Origin: a virus | Strand: one strand, 5' to 3' | Virus record (IMG/VR): IMGVR_UViG_3300009034_000017 | Span: 1 to 64,000 of that record | DNA: 64,000 nucleotides | In this document: positions 44,888 through 57,103 of the stretch, in pieces | Numbering within the stretch: position 1 is the stretch's first letter | Layout: each line of letters opens with the position of its first letter | Made by a program: the position numbers and the translations under genes | The notes under the pieces: generated by a model | What the model saw: only the letters and a program-made list of their open reading frames with translations | What the model was told of the DNA's origin: nothing | Databases searched by the model: none

Positions 44888-46844
44888 CCAAACTTCCCAG
44901 CATGCTGGAACAACTTAATGGTCCCTAGCACCGCAGATTAAAGAGTTGTTGGCCCTCCCAAGATTATGTTAAGCCATTGCTACGCATACTAGGTATATCC
45001 TTACCCCTTATATTTATTAAATACGCATATATATAACATTGCGTGTTAATAGATTGACATAAGAATTGGCCGTTGTTCCTTAGTTCATCCCGCTCTATGA
45101 GCACTTGTATTAACCTATTCTCCGCTGAGTCACCATAATGATTGCATTGGTGTAGCGGCCAGCCCCAGCACAGATGATCGCCCTCGCCAGGGGCATACTT
45201 ATCGTAGTCGCTGCCTGTGCCAGCAAGTGCTCACAATATGGACAGCGTGTTTCTCCCCATACCTTTTTCATCATACTCTCTCAGCCCATTTCATCGCGTT
45301 TTACTCCATTCTAATTACTAATACTTTGGGAGGAACTTCAGAAGGAACTCCGGAGCCGCCCTGTGGGGGATTAGAAGGGTCAAGCTCACCATGTGTAGGC
45401 TGATAGCCGCCGATAGCTGTGCTGGGTGTAGCAGTGGCTGTGCGGCCTTCTGTTGCTGCACGAATTTCCTGCTTGATTTGATGTATGTTCTTAGGCAGGT
45501 TTCCCTCTTCTAAAAGATAGATTAGGGCCAGTGCTTGCCCTAGGGCATATCTGAGTTCTTTCATCGCTGGCCCCTTATTGTGCCGCCCCAATTTATCATA
45601 GAGTTTAGCTGGCAGGGCTGGCGTGGGCCTCTCAGGTCTTTGTACATCATCGGGGGGAGGATTATAGCCAGCAGGTTGCTTGTGTTCGGGCCCTCTCTTG
45701 AAAAACATAGCACCTCCTTCATATTGCCATCCAAAAGCATGTATCTTTATCTAGCGTCTCCCTCCAACTCCCCTCGCAACGCACCGGGCAAGGACGACAG
45801 AATCGCAGTGGCCAAGCTGGGCCTAAACCTCGCGCTGTATCCAAGGGCGTGGGAGATCGCCTTTCCGGGGCTAGGGCGGGGTAGGTTTTGGATGATATTT
45901 CCGTTTTCGTCAACATGGTGATTGGTAGTACCACAGACTTTGCAGCGTGGCCTAGTCACACTAGGCGTATCTGACACATTTGATTCGGGCCATGCTAGGG
46001 GGTCGAGGCTCCATCTCAGCACCCCACATTGGCAGATTTGACTGTCAGGCTTGAAATAATGAAATTTGCGGGAGAGATCACATTGATTCATGCTTTTAGA
46101 GCCTCGCTATAGACTTCATCTTCTTCCCAATTCAGCAACCGCCCTGGCTCGTGCCCCACAAGTACACCAGTGGGGTTTATAACAGCCATTGTTCTACTTA
46201 TCTATATCCTGATACCTAATGCGGCGGTAAACGGCCATGGGTGTCGCTAAAAGCGGTTTAAGAGGCAATTCTGGGACATTCACAGTAATCGCGCCATATA
46301 GCAATCATGCTTGATTATAGAGAGCGGTTGGCCCCAGACACTCTTTGCAGAAGTAAACTGCCACGGCGCAACAATCGTGCAACCAACATCCCTCACCATC
46401 GGGGTCATTCGGGTGAAGATTGGACACAAATTGTTGCCCGGCTATTGGCTGATCCGACGGAACTTCGCGCACAACGAAAGCGATTCGTGAAATGCCCGAG
46501 CAACAATATACGCACTCTGTGGTTTCGGGGAATGCTGATTGCCACGAATATTCCAGTCCTTCTTTGCCGATAGCAACTTCAAACATTGTCTCCCTCTAAG
46601 GGTTTAAGTGTGGACTCCAAATAGCGATTCATCCGCCTTCTAACTCCGATCCAAACTCGGCAACCGCCCTAGCTATTTCTAGCCCATGCCTGAGCAACTC
46701 ACTTCGAAATGACACAATGGCAATCTGCGCAATGTTGGCAGCCAGCTCGTGGAATTCATTGGTATCCTCAACGCCCTGCCACTTGCCTATTGCTTCCGTC
46801 AGTTCTTCAATCTGTTTTTGCATTTGTCCCCCTTTGAGCTTGCT

Positions 46845-47024
46845 TTATTCTCTCGTAGACTCCAGATAGCGACTCAACATCTCCAAGCTGTATCGACGAT
46901 GGCCTCCAGGTGTACGGTATGGCTTGAGCGCGTTGCCTTTCTCTATTCGCCCCAGAGTGGCAAGGCTTATCCGCAGGTATTTCGCTGCCTCTCTGGCGGT
47001 CATTAAGGTTTCTTTTTCAGCCAT
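46845..47024 (-). CDS. excisionase/MerR-like HTH protein, 59 aa (not in the ORF track)
   Basis: MAEKETLMTAREAAKYLRISLATLGRIEKGNALKPYRTPGGHRRYSLEML; GGAG RBS. Confidence 0.82.
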   Translation of the reverse strand: MAEKETLMTAREAAKYLRISLATLGRIEKGNALKPYRTPGGHRRYSLEMLSRYLESTRE

Positions 47025-47311
47025 AAGTTGTGGTCTCCGTTTTCTAACAACACTGCTACGCGGCAGTTATTCTTTGATATGCAACGCAACTTCTGGACAT
47101 TCTGTTCCGGGCCAAGCGTCAATGTCTACCTTGAAAGTCGCGTCAGGCTCAGCGATTTGTTCGACAGCCCCTGATTTTTGGTGGCATTGGCAGCAGACAT
47201 ACATGACACCGTAGATATGCGTAGCGTCTTCTCCGCAAATCTGACACTGCTTTCCCTCTACCTCACCTGCTGGGGTTATTGGCATTTCCCCTCCCCCCAT
47301 TCTTGCCCTTA

Positions 47312-47340
47312 ACTATACCATACATCCCCCCAAATGTCAA
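47312..47340 (-). promoter_or_regulatory. sigma70 promoter, leftward
   Basis: TTGACA-17 nt-TATAGT with TG extension. Confidence 0.75.
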
Positions 47341-47952
47341 GCGAATTTACACCGTTTTGCTTAACATAAAGGTGTTTGAGCGCGATTGATTGAATGTTTT
47401 AAGGTAGATTATGTCTAGGGCCTTTGGCATATAGGGCAGCAAATATGATCCCTGTGCCTATTGCCATCACGGCTATAAGCCCGGCGCCTTCAAATTTTCC
47501 AGCCGTGATGCAGTCCCAAAATCCCCAAGCGTATATGGTGAAAATCACCAATGCGATCTGAGAAAAAAAGCTCATTGAAAATCTCCTTTAGCACTTTATT
47601 CTGCGCAAATACCCCCTAGCCAACTTGCTCAACAGCCTCGCTAGAGGTCTCCAACAAACAGGCTGTCTAAGCGCGTGTCTTTTATTGCGGAGCCAAGCTG
47701 TCATGGTTTGGGCCACCACCAGGGCCACTTCAATTGTGCCTGCTATTCTCTATCTTGTACTATCATTCTTGAGTGGCCAATATGCCCTGAGTGCCCTTAG
47801 TAACGTTTCCCATTCCTTGGCGCACTTTGTACAAAGATCGTACTCTTCTGGATAACTGGCGAGAATATGGTCAATCATTGCGTGGGCAACTGTACTAGAC
47901 AAAGCATCTTCCCGCCTCTCATGTTGGCTACAACGGTCACATTGTATTGCCT

Positions 47953-48582
47953 TCATAAAAGCACTCCTTTATACCAGATCAGATCGTCACGGCTCACCCA
48001 GCCCATGTCATTAAGTGCAAAGCGAAGACGATAGGGGATGCCGAGTTTCATTTTGGGGATTTCGCCACACCGGGTAGGCCACTTAGAGGGTGGCGGGCCA
48101 GTATGCCCTGTTTGGCTTCCCGCAAACGTATCCCCTATATTCACGAACAAATTCCCTGTAGGCTTCAGCACTCTCCACCATTCACGGGCGCACTCGCAGA
48201 GGTGTTCTATATAAAGTTGCCATGTTGGTTCGAGCCCTAGCTGGCCGCGCCAGCACCCACATTTGGAACAGAAGGTTCCTTGGGGATACTCAGTTTGTAC
48301 AATATCCTCTAGTTTGTTGATGCTTCGCCCTTCATGGAGACCGCCAAAAGCCCCGCTTCTCTGGCGTTGCCTCCCTATGAGTTTTGAACTCCATGAATGT
48401 TTGCAGCCATCAGTGTCGTCCCAAACCGTTGTCACTTCTTCACCGTAATCTCTTTTGCCTCACCAGTAGGGAGGACTTGTCGCAATCATATCAATAGACT
48501 CATCAGCGATAGCGGAAAGATTGCGGGCGTCGCCAAGATACAACTTGACACGGCCATCAGGTGTTTCCCAATATAAATCCAC
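47953..48582 (-). pseudogene. DNA methyltransferase remnant M8: TGA after TSPPYW, truncated before motif I
   Basis: GTG 48582...LGDAR...TSPPYW*GKRDYG...GQLGLEPT...RVLKPTG...NIGDT...RDDLIWYK then stop. Confidence 0.85.
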
Positions 48583-49589
48583 CCTAATTATCACCCCCTT
48601 TTACAGCGTGTCTATTACTACCACTTCATCTCTGTACGCCTAAGCGGAAACATCTTCCGCAGTTCCTCCAAACTGGCACCGCCTTGCCATGCTATCTCAA
48701 TGCGCCTGAAGGTGCGTTCAAACATTGGCGCAGTGATTATGATAGTCAAACCATCTGTGTCTTTCCCACAGAGAGTGCCTTCAATGCCGTTCCATTCGAG
48801 AAGGATTTTATCTGACATCTCTAAGTATTCTTTTCAAGACTCTGCAGGAGCCGGACGAGCCATACGCTGAACATAGCTGTTTGCACACAAAGTGCAAACA
48901 CATCAGCCATTACCAATTTTGACAAGGCTGTCAAGGCATATTGTTCTGCTGTCGTTTCTTCTAGCAAGCCTGCTTGCCACAACTTATCAATTTCATAGAT
49001 TCTGCCATAGGCAACCCATCCTTGTGGGCTAATTCGGCACTCTTTCAGGTTCATCGCTTGCCTCCTTCGGATTCATTTGATAGAGCTGCTAAGGTCGGTA
49101 CTGACTTTAGCGGAAGCGCCGCCCCCCACAGCTCTGCAAACTTAGCTTTGACCCATGCTATGTCTTCAGGGCGGTTAGCGTATGGATGTCGCTTATCGCC
49201 ATAAGGCAATATAGTCCCATGATCTGCTCTTAAAGCTGCGTAGTTCAAAGCTTGTATAATCCATTCTTGGCCGTTAAGCTTCCAATAGATCACTCCCAGC
49301 CACTCACGCGGGTATTTCAAAGCGCTTTCGGTAAACGGCCAGCGCCAGCCTTCGGGGTGGTCATCTGGACCAGCCCAGAAGTTTATCGCGCCTGACCGTG
49401 CATCGCAGTACCCATTGTTACTCAAGTCTCTCTTTTCGGCTTCTTTTAAGAGCCTCTGAAGTTCGTGTTCTTCTAGTTGCATGTACTGTCTCCTTCTCCT
49501 TATACTATAGTGTATGTAGTATACTATTATACTACAATTCGGTGATGATGGCCTCCAACTGGCCTTTGCGCTCGTTTAATTTGAAAGGT

Positions 49590-49754
49590 AGAGAGGGTCT
49601 TGCCCCATAGGGCCTAGGTCCATGCGTCCAAGAGGGCGGACTTGCCGTGGCCGTTGTCCCCAGCGAGGCAGGCTAGGTGGATGCCGGAGAAATCCAGAGG
49701 GTCAGGATCGCGGTAGCACATGAAGTTTCGCAGGCTCAATTTGAGCGGGAGCAT
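49590..49754 (-). pseudogene. sbcC: 5' fragment of an SbcC/SMC-family ATPase
   Basis: GGAGG RBS; MLPLKLSLRNFMCY...LDFSGIHLACLAGDNGHGKSALLDAWT*ALWGK. Confidence 0.8.
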
Positions 49755-50081
49755 AGCTAACCTCCAAGTATTCAACTAGCTTACGGAACATAGTCCGCAA
49801 GTTATGTGTCAGTACCCTGGGAATTCTGGGAGATTCTTGTATTCCTTTTCGTCCATCTCATGAACTGCGATAGTAAAGGAATCCCCCACAGCCATCTCAG
49901 GCAGAACTGTCCTTAAATGGTCTAGGACAGACTCTACTTGATGAAACACACAGGGGCCACAGTATCCCTCAAGTTGTGTCTTGAACACTTTCATTTCCGA
50001 CCTCCCATAGAAGTTAATTCCCAGGGGGATCCCCTTGGGCTTCCCGAAATATCTCGGCGGCGTGCTCCAATTTACTCTTGC

Positions 50082-50546
50082 TCATACGCTGACATCCTCA
50101 AGTTCCAAGACCCACACTTCAGGATTGTCCTGCCAGCGAGTGCCATTCTTGACATTAATAGAATCCCAGAGTTCTATGAACCACTCAAGTTCATCCCACC
50201 CCATCTGGTTAGGATCATTGATAAAAGGGCAACCCTCTTGTTGTATATCGGAGCGGTACATATAACCCCCACATGATATTTCTTGTAGCCTCTCTCTGCG
50301 AATCGCCATAATGCGGATACGGCCCATGGCCTTTTTGCCACGGCCTGGCTGGATGGCGTAGGTATTACCCACAGCCCATTTTAGCCTGCCGCATATCCCG
50401 CCACTGAAAACCATTTCAATGGGTAGTTCCGCATACCCCGGCGGCTTATGTATTGCTACCTCGTGATCTTCCACAAGCCACCGCGCTTGCGTCTTGGTCC
50501 CATCCAATATAGCTCGGCACATTTCTGGCTTGAATAGCATCGTCAT
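50082..50546 (-). CDS. ASCH-domain protein
   Basis: F...M..AILDG.KTQ, IRRERLQEIS, QEG, LWDSIN, W.DNPEVWV.E. Confidence 0.8.
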   Translation of the reverse strand: MTMLFKPEMCRAILDGTKTQARWLVEDHEVAIHKPPGYAELPIEMVFSGGICGRLKWAVGNTYAIQPGRGKKAMGRIRIMAIRRERLQEISCGGYMYRSDIQQEGCPFINDPNQMGWDELEWFIELWDSINVKNGTRWQDNPEVWVLELEDVSV

Positions 50547-50863
50547 TTTCCCCCTAACAAATCAGTATAGTAGACATGTGGAAAGGCACTTTTTGCGAGA
50601 CATTGGCCGGCCAAGATACCGCTGGTGCATTTCCTCGCACTCCCGGTGTAATTCTGCGTCTTCCTCAAGGTCCTGCTCAGGAATGCCCTTACACCAATAG
50701 AGCCAGTCATATTCTGGCGCAGGAATAGGATGGTCTTGCCAATAATCATGAACAAGGCAATCCCAGTCATTATTACAAACCCACCAAAAGGCAGCTTGTT
50801 GTATGTCAAACTCCAGATCGCCAGCGAATGCTAGTTGCATAAAGCGACCACAGCTAGGGCAAT

Positions 50864-51280
50864 TCATAGAAAACCCCTATCTATCTGCTGCCTGCGCAGC
50901 GATCCACAATTGGCACATTCCGAAAACCGGTAGATGGTCGTTGCCCCGCACTCTGGGCAGGGCCAGCCAGGAAGCGGCTCACCATCCCCGAACCATTCTA
51001 GGAACGTCCTTACATTCGGGATAATCACCAGCGCATCCAAGTACTCGTCACCAACATCATGCCACACGACGATTGGCAACTGATCATCCTCGGCGTTTGC
51101 ATTTGCCTGGGCTACCCACTCCTTAATATAGCCTGGCATTCTGCGATTGCACTTTATTTCTATAGCCAGCCATTCATGCACACAGTCGCTCTCGCCGTGC
51201 CCTGTTTGACCACGCCGTGTGCCGCCGAGCATGGCACATAGCTTCCTTTCAGCTTGCTTCCACAGCTTGCCCATCCCCAT
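50864..51280 (-). CDS. PD-(D/E)XK Holliday-junction-resolvase-like nuclease with Zn ribbon
   Basis: WKQAERK, SDC, AIEIK, QA..NA, LPIVV.H. Confidence 0.7.
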   Translation of the reverse strand: MGMGKLWKQAERKLCAMLGGTRRGQTGHGESDCVHEWLAIEIKCNRRMPGYIKEWVAQANANAEDDQLPIVVWHDVGDEYLDALVIIPNVRTFLEWFGDGEPLPGWPCPECGATTIYRFSECANCGSLRRQQIDRGFL

Positions 51281-51677
51281 CCTCCCCGCAACGGTTAGCT
51301 AATTCTAACAGCGCATCGCCGTGGCACGGCTGGTCAAGTGGACACCAGCAGCACAGGTCTTTGCCACGGAGGTCTTCTAGTGCCCCTGACCAGACTAGCA
51401 TTTTGCCCAGATACGGGCTGCACCACAGGTCAGGATCATCATATAGGCCGTTGCGCCATTCTGTATCCTCAGCACTTACCTCGCCGTCAAGATAACGCCA
51501 GTATAGGTTGACACATTCTTGGGCATTACCGTGTTTTCCCAACCTGAACGGGTTGCCCCACTTCGTCGGCCTGCCTACGTACACTGTATTCGGCGGCATC
51601 CGCCATCCCTTGGTTCGTTTCCGCTGTATTCTCCTTGGCATCCCACTCCTCTGTGTCCGTACCACAAGGGCGGTCAA
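51249..51677 (-). CDS. DUF4326 family protein
   Basis: RIQRKRTKGWRMP, VYVGRPTKWGNPF, LRGKDLCCWCP, CHGDAL. Confidence 0.9.
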   Translation of the reverse strand: MTALVVRTQRSGMPRRIQRKRTKGWRMPPNTVYVGRPTKWGNPFRLGKHGNAQECVNLYWRYLDGEVSAEDTEWRNGLYDDPDLWCSPYLGKMLVWSGALEDLRGKDLCCWCPLDQPCHGDALLELANRCGEDGDGQAVEAS

Positions 51678-53325
51678 GCAAACACACCCACGGGATCAGA
51701 TACCTCGCCGCATAATGAGCAGTTATAGTATCGCGTAACGTCCGCAGCAATGATAATCTTTTTGCCGACAAGGCCGAATCGCGGATCATCATTGATGACT
51801 GAATCCTCCCACGGTTCTACACGGCATTCCTTCATGTTGATAAACCTACCGCATTGTGGGCATTTCAGCGATATGGGTGGCTCCTGCTCTTCGCCTGGCA
51901 ATGTCCTACATCCAGGTGGCAAACTCCATCCAAATTTACTCATCTTCCTTTCCTCCGTGCGCCCCCCTCAGCGCCCGACAAACCCTCAGCGCAGTGAAGC
52001 GCTTACACCCTGGGCATCGGCGAATCGTCATAATCCTCCGTCGATGCACTGGCCAACACAAAGTTCAACTCCAGCACGCCGTCGGCGTATATGGCCTCAA
52101 GGCCACCGGTGCTATACCGTGGTTGCTTCTTGACCGCATCTTTTAACAGCATCTTTGCCGTGCGGCGCAGTTCTGTAAACGTGGGATAGTGACCAGGCCT
52201 GACTCCCCATTCCCAGCCCACCGCCCTCATGGCCTGCCACACCTTATCAAAGTCAAAGTTGTCCAGAACATACTCAATCTGATCCATCATTCCTCCTTCC
52301 CCAGCGGCCTCACGTCACCGCTGGAGGTTTCCACTTTTAACAACTTCCTTCCTCATCAACTTGGCTGCATAGATAGCGTCGTTGTACGAGCAACAAAGTG
52401 TACAGTGAACAGTCTTGCTACGCAACTCTCTATCAGCCCAATCATAGGCGGCTTCCGCATTGTCGGCGGGGAAGATTGCCGCGATGGAGTCCAGTTTTGT
52501 CCAGATCAAGAGGACATCGCTCATACATTTTCTCCTCCCTCCGTTATTTCAGCGGCTTCGCCTCCCATATTCTCTATTTTATCATACAGCCAGTAAAAAT
52601 ATGGATCGCTGCAAGTGATGCGCCCTACTTCAACTGGCCAGTGTTCATTAGGGTCGATTATCTCAATCCTTGCGGTGCGCATTCCTTCCCTTTCCCCGGG
52701 CCAAAATTCTTCAATGCATCTGATGTAGTAATTAACTTTCTCCACTTTCTCTCGGCCTCCTTATGTATTATTAACAACCCAAAAGCCGGCTATCCCCACA
52801 TCCATTTTCGTTCAATATTCCTTGGGCTACCCCTTGCCCTAGCTCCTTCTTCTTTAGGGGGATTGAATTGCCTTGTCCAACTTCTTGGAGGCGGCCTCAA
52901 CGTATTTGTTGGCATCGGTCGGGAGGCTGCTGACTAGAAATCGTTCTAGCCTATGTCTTTGCGCCCTTAGTTTTGCCTGTGGATTGTATGGTCGCGTACC
53001 CAGCTGGAAATATTCATTCTCTCTCCTTTGTACAAAGATTTTGTCAGGGGCTGTATCGCCTCCCTGCTTCTATCCCTGCCAAGAACATATCCAATGCCCA
53101 ATCGCATACAGTAAAGCGGCTATCCTCCATTCCAAGGCCGCGTCTTTCCGTAAGCTGGATAATCTCGCTGACTTTTCCAACCAAAGTCAATTGGCATTGC
53201 ATATCATTATCCCCAGACGTAACTGCTGTATCCCACACGTCTCGGAGGATTTGTGTCAGTTTTTGGTAGTCATTCATTCTTAGTCCCCTTCACCAAGCTC
53301 AATTCCCATCTCATTATCGTAGCGA

Positions 53326-54258
53326 TCACAAATATCCTTTGAGCATAAGGGCAATCATACTCCCGACATTGAACACCTTGCGTTGGTTGCCCTGTGACAA
53401 AACAGCAACCTCCTCGCCAAAATCTTTCAGGAAGTCTTCTTCGGCATCCCCCAGCACGAGCCTGATGTATTCGCCGATCTGAGATGGCTCCTCAATCTTG
53501 CCGCATTGCGAGAATATGCTTTGCAAGCGGTTGTCGGTGATGTATGACCGAAATTCCAAATTCAGGCGTGCGATCACAGGATCGGCAGGCTGCTTTGGCT
53601 TGGGGGCCTTTATCTTTTCCGCGAACTTTTCGTTCTTCTTCTTTAGACAGAACCGCCTACCCAAACTGTCGTAATACACCTTATCAAAGGGGGCAATGAC
53701 TACCCCCTCACAAACGTTGCCCTCAATCGGATTCAGTAGGGAATCAAATTCAACATTGAAATCTAGAGCAACTTGCAATCCTGTAACGGTAGCAACTATC
53801 GGCAATGCATTTCGTTGTAATCCTATGAAATTGCAGTTGCGGAATGCCACTGGGGTCAAGAGTTCTTCATTTACCATCATGTCATAGAAGCCTATGCGCT
53901 TTTCCGTGTCATAGTTTACCCCTTTCTGCACGCCAGGGCCGTAGAGTTCGCCAAATAGCCGTACTGCGCTCACTGAATAGTGTGCGTCTAGCCAGCCTTG
54001 AATATCCTCAAATGTCTCAACATACTGTTGGGCCACATCTTGGGCGCCATAGAACTTCTCATCCCCTTTTAGAAAAGCTGTTCGTTTCCCATATTGCCAA
54101 GGCTCATGGGGCGAGAAAGAAATGGACAGATTGTTTCCGTGGACTTTTTCGACGACGACGAAGGTTGCTGTAAGCAATTCTGGATACAAGGATACAAAGC
54201 CAGCAATGAATTTCTCCCTGTATGAATTTTCTATGCTTGGATATTTCTTGAATTCCAT
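53326..54258 (-). CDS. RNA ligase, Rnl2 family
   Basis: FKKYPSIEN, EKVHGNN (motif I), FGELYG.GVQKGV.Y, FYD, EGVVI, KKKNEKF, YIT.NRL. Confidence 0.9.
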   Translation of the reverse strand: MEFKKYPSIENSYREKFIAGFVSLYPELLTATFVVVEKVHGNNLSISFSPHEPWQYGKRTAFLKGDEKFYGAQDVAQQYVETFEDIQGWLDAHYSVSAVRLFGELYGPGVQKGVNYDTEKRIGFYDMMVNEELLTPVAFRNCNFIGLQRNALPIVATVTGLQVALDFNVEFDSLLNPIEGNVCEGVVIAPFDKVYYDSLGRRFCLKKKNEKFAEKIKAPKPKQPADPVIARLNLEFRSYITDNRLQSIFSQCGKIEEPSQIGEYIRLVLGDAEEDFLKDFGEEVAVLSQGNQRKVFNVGSMIALMLKGYL

Positions 54259-55361
54259 GCTTCCCCCTTATTATTTTCAAAGAGAGGCCCGATTGCAAGG
54301 GATCCGCTCTGGGGGGTATGTGGCCCTGATTGCCTTCTTCATGCGGTATCCAGCGACATCCCTTAATCTATTATTTACCTTCGCATGGCCTCTCAATCTC
54401 CTTGGTATAGGTATGGTAAAGCCAAGACACAAACCCGTCTTCGTTGACGATCTTGCCAGTTCCACCCCGATTGAGGATTGCAGACCGATTCGGCGGGTCA
54501 AGTTCAACTAAGCCCCGCGGTATGATCAACATAATATAGGTCTGTGCAAAGTGGCCGTTTAATGAGTTCCACCACTGGATTGTTTTGCCTTCCTGTTCCT
54601 GAGTCAACATTTTGTTTACGCTCCTTCCTCCTCAATCGCACTGCCATAAATCGGCAACCCGTGCATTATTCTGTTCCACAAATCCAGATAGACCGATGCC
54701 ATATCAATATCGTCTTCCCAATAGGGGAAGGCATCGTCGGCATTCTCGAAGTCAATCAAAGAATAGTCGGGTGTCATGTCGTCGCTTGGTGTTCCCTCAG
54801 TCATGGCCCCTCCCAAAACTCTAACACTTCATCATCTGTGGTTTGCCGCGCTCCCCGCTTGATCAGCCACTCAGAAAAGCCCAGATACGGTATCTTGTTG
54901 CCTGCCTGTAGTGCAGCGCAATACTGCTGATAATACCAGTCTTTGTGTGCTTGATGCTCTGCATCCAAATCCATGTCGCTGGGGACAACAAGGTGTTCCA
55001 CGGAAGCATCATACCAATCGCCCCCGCCCATAATTGCCACAATGCGCTTCTCCTCCTTAGTTGCTTTGCCCATTATTTCTCCTATGTCTAATATGCCAAG
55101 AGCACAAGGCTTGCAATCCTTCCAAGACAGAACCTCGTCATACCATGCATCCAGCAAGCAGTTATACATGTCACTGCCCCCATGGAACATATATAGGTTG
55201 CCGCGGATACGCAACACAGTGTAGGCATAGTTAGCCATTACCTATCCCCTTTAACCCCCTCGCCGCTAGATATACAATGTAAAGCCATATTGCCACAATC
55301 CAGATAAAGCCTACTATCTGCATCCCATCCAGCGGCGCGACTGGCATCATGCTTGTGTCCA

Positions 55362-56249
55362 TCATTCCTCCTTGCGCCCTAGGCTGCTCAAGTCTTGTAG
55401 CTCTCCAGCAAATACATTGAGATCAACATTGCCAGAGATGCCTGGCACAGAACCTCGGTTACTATACTGCCAGAAATCGTAGACTTCCCACCCCAAGGGC
55501 ATCGCTGGCACTGCTACGTCGTAATCTGCAACCCATAAAGGATATTTATGCCAACCCGGTGCCCAACCAACATTGGCTCCCCAGAAAGACTGAGCAGTAT
55601 AGATGATGGGCTTCCGCCCATCCTTTGCTTCCAATGCCAGAAGGACTTCCTCTACAACGGCTCCGATATTGTCCCCTGTCCCTTTTAATTCTACATCCAA
55701 GACTAGCGGGAAATCGGCTTCCCTTTCCCCCATGGTATTCAAGAGATGTTCAGCCTGCTTTGCCGCGGAGAGCTGGGGCCATAACATGTGGTAGGCACTG
55801 ACCAATAGCCCCGCTGTCTTTGCTTCATCCCAATTGGCAATGAAGGCGGGGTCTATGTAGGTTATACCTTCCGTGGCCTTGATGATAGCAAACTCAACAC
55901 CACTTTCCTTCACAGCTTTCCAGTCAATTGACCCTTGCCACTTGCTCACGTCAATGCCGACAATGGGGGCTGGATCAGAGGATGCGAGGCCGCTTGCTTG
56001 CACGATTGACTCTGTGACTAGCTGTTGGCGGTTTTGTCTATGGTAGTACGATCCTGGATCGGGGAACTTTTCACAAAAGAGTGGGATGCCGATCAAGACG
56101 AGCAATGCCCATAGGGGCACCGAGTATCGTTTCCGCAACTTTGTAGTGACAGCTTTCTTGGTCTGCCGACCAGCCTGCACACAGACCTTTTTCATCTGCC
56201 CTTTCTCCTTTCTCATCGGCTTTGCTCCTTGGCTATCTCCCGTGACCAT
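55362..56249 (-). CDS. GH25 lysozyme with an N-terminal hydrophobic anchor
   Basis: GIDVSKWQG, IKATEG, AYH, LDVE, LWVADY, WQYS..G.VPGI.GNVDLN. Confidence 0.92.
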   Translation of the reverse strand: MVTGDSQGAKPMRKEKGQMKKVCVQAGRQTKKAVTTKLRKRYSVPLWALLVLIGIPLFCEKFPDPGSYYHRQNRQQLVTESIVQASGLASSDPAPIVGIDVSKWQGSIDWKAVKESGVEFAIIKATEGITYIDPAFIANWDEAKTAGLLVSAYHMLWPQLSAAKQAEHLLNTMGEREADFPLVLDVELKGTGDNIGAVVEEVLLALEAKDGRKPIIYTAQSFWGANVGWAPGWHKYPLWVADYDVAVPAMPLGWEVYDFWQYSNRGSVPGISGNVDLNVFAGELQDLSSLGRKEE

Positions 56250-57103
56250 TGTCTAATGGCATCTGACAATGCGAGGCGGAGTTTCGATAGTTGGCGGTCG
56301 AGGGGTCTAAGTAGACTCCCGCCTTGCATATAGTGAATCGTGGTGGCGTTGATTGCACCATCGGGATCATGCCCTACGATGTTAATAATGATCTGGTCTC
56401 CGTCTTGTGTTCTCATCGGTTATTGCTCCTCCTTCTCACATCAGGTACAATCTACTGCGGCCATGTGTGCGCCATCGCCTCGAGCCCACAGAACCCTGCT
56501 CGTGTAAAGTCGTCAGGGAAACCAAGCCGTTGGCAAAGGTATAAGTCAGAACACTCTGCACATTCTTTATAGGGCAGTGCGTCCTCTGGCTCTCTACTCA
56601 TAGCATCGTAAGCGTCTTGCTTTTGGTCGCAAATGTCGGCTGCGTCTCTCATTTATCATTCCTCCTTGGCTTTGTAGCCTTTCTCATCGGTTATTCTCCT
56701 TGCCACCCCCACTACGCGAGCAGTCGCTGGGCGGGAACGGCTCTGGGCCTGGACAGCTTTCGTACCATTCACAGCCGCGACAGAGGATGTGAACATTGGC
56801 CTGTCTCCAATTATTGACGACCCGCTCAGCATCAATCTCATCTAGGTAGATATACAATTGAACGGACCGCTCCCCTGGCGCGTCACAATCTATCTTTAGA
56901 TAATAGCCCTCCTCATCATAGCCTACATCGCGCAATTTAGCATTCTCCAAGCGTTCCAAATGACGTGGCTGGCTTTGTTTAATAAAGGTGCCGATCAGCC
57001 TTCTCATCGGTTTCTCCTTTGCCAAATCCACTCGCCCAGCCAGCACCCGATTATCGTCCCCACGCATGACAACACCATGAGCCGGGTGATTGAGTTGATG
57101 TCG

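Noticed and set aside
22943-48462. Genome-wide TGA reassignment
   Set aside because: Many genes clearly end in TGA with ATGA/TGATG coupling (e.g. 14209, 59167); only two internal cases were found
23031-48582. MTases as parts of restriction-modification systems
   Set aside because: No adjacent cognate restriction endonuclease is recognisable; the nucleases present fit recombination or homing roles
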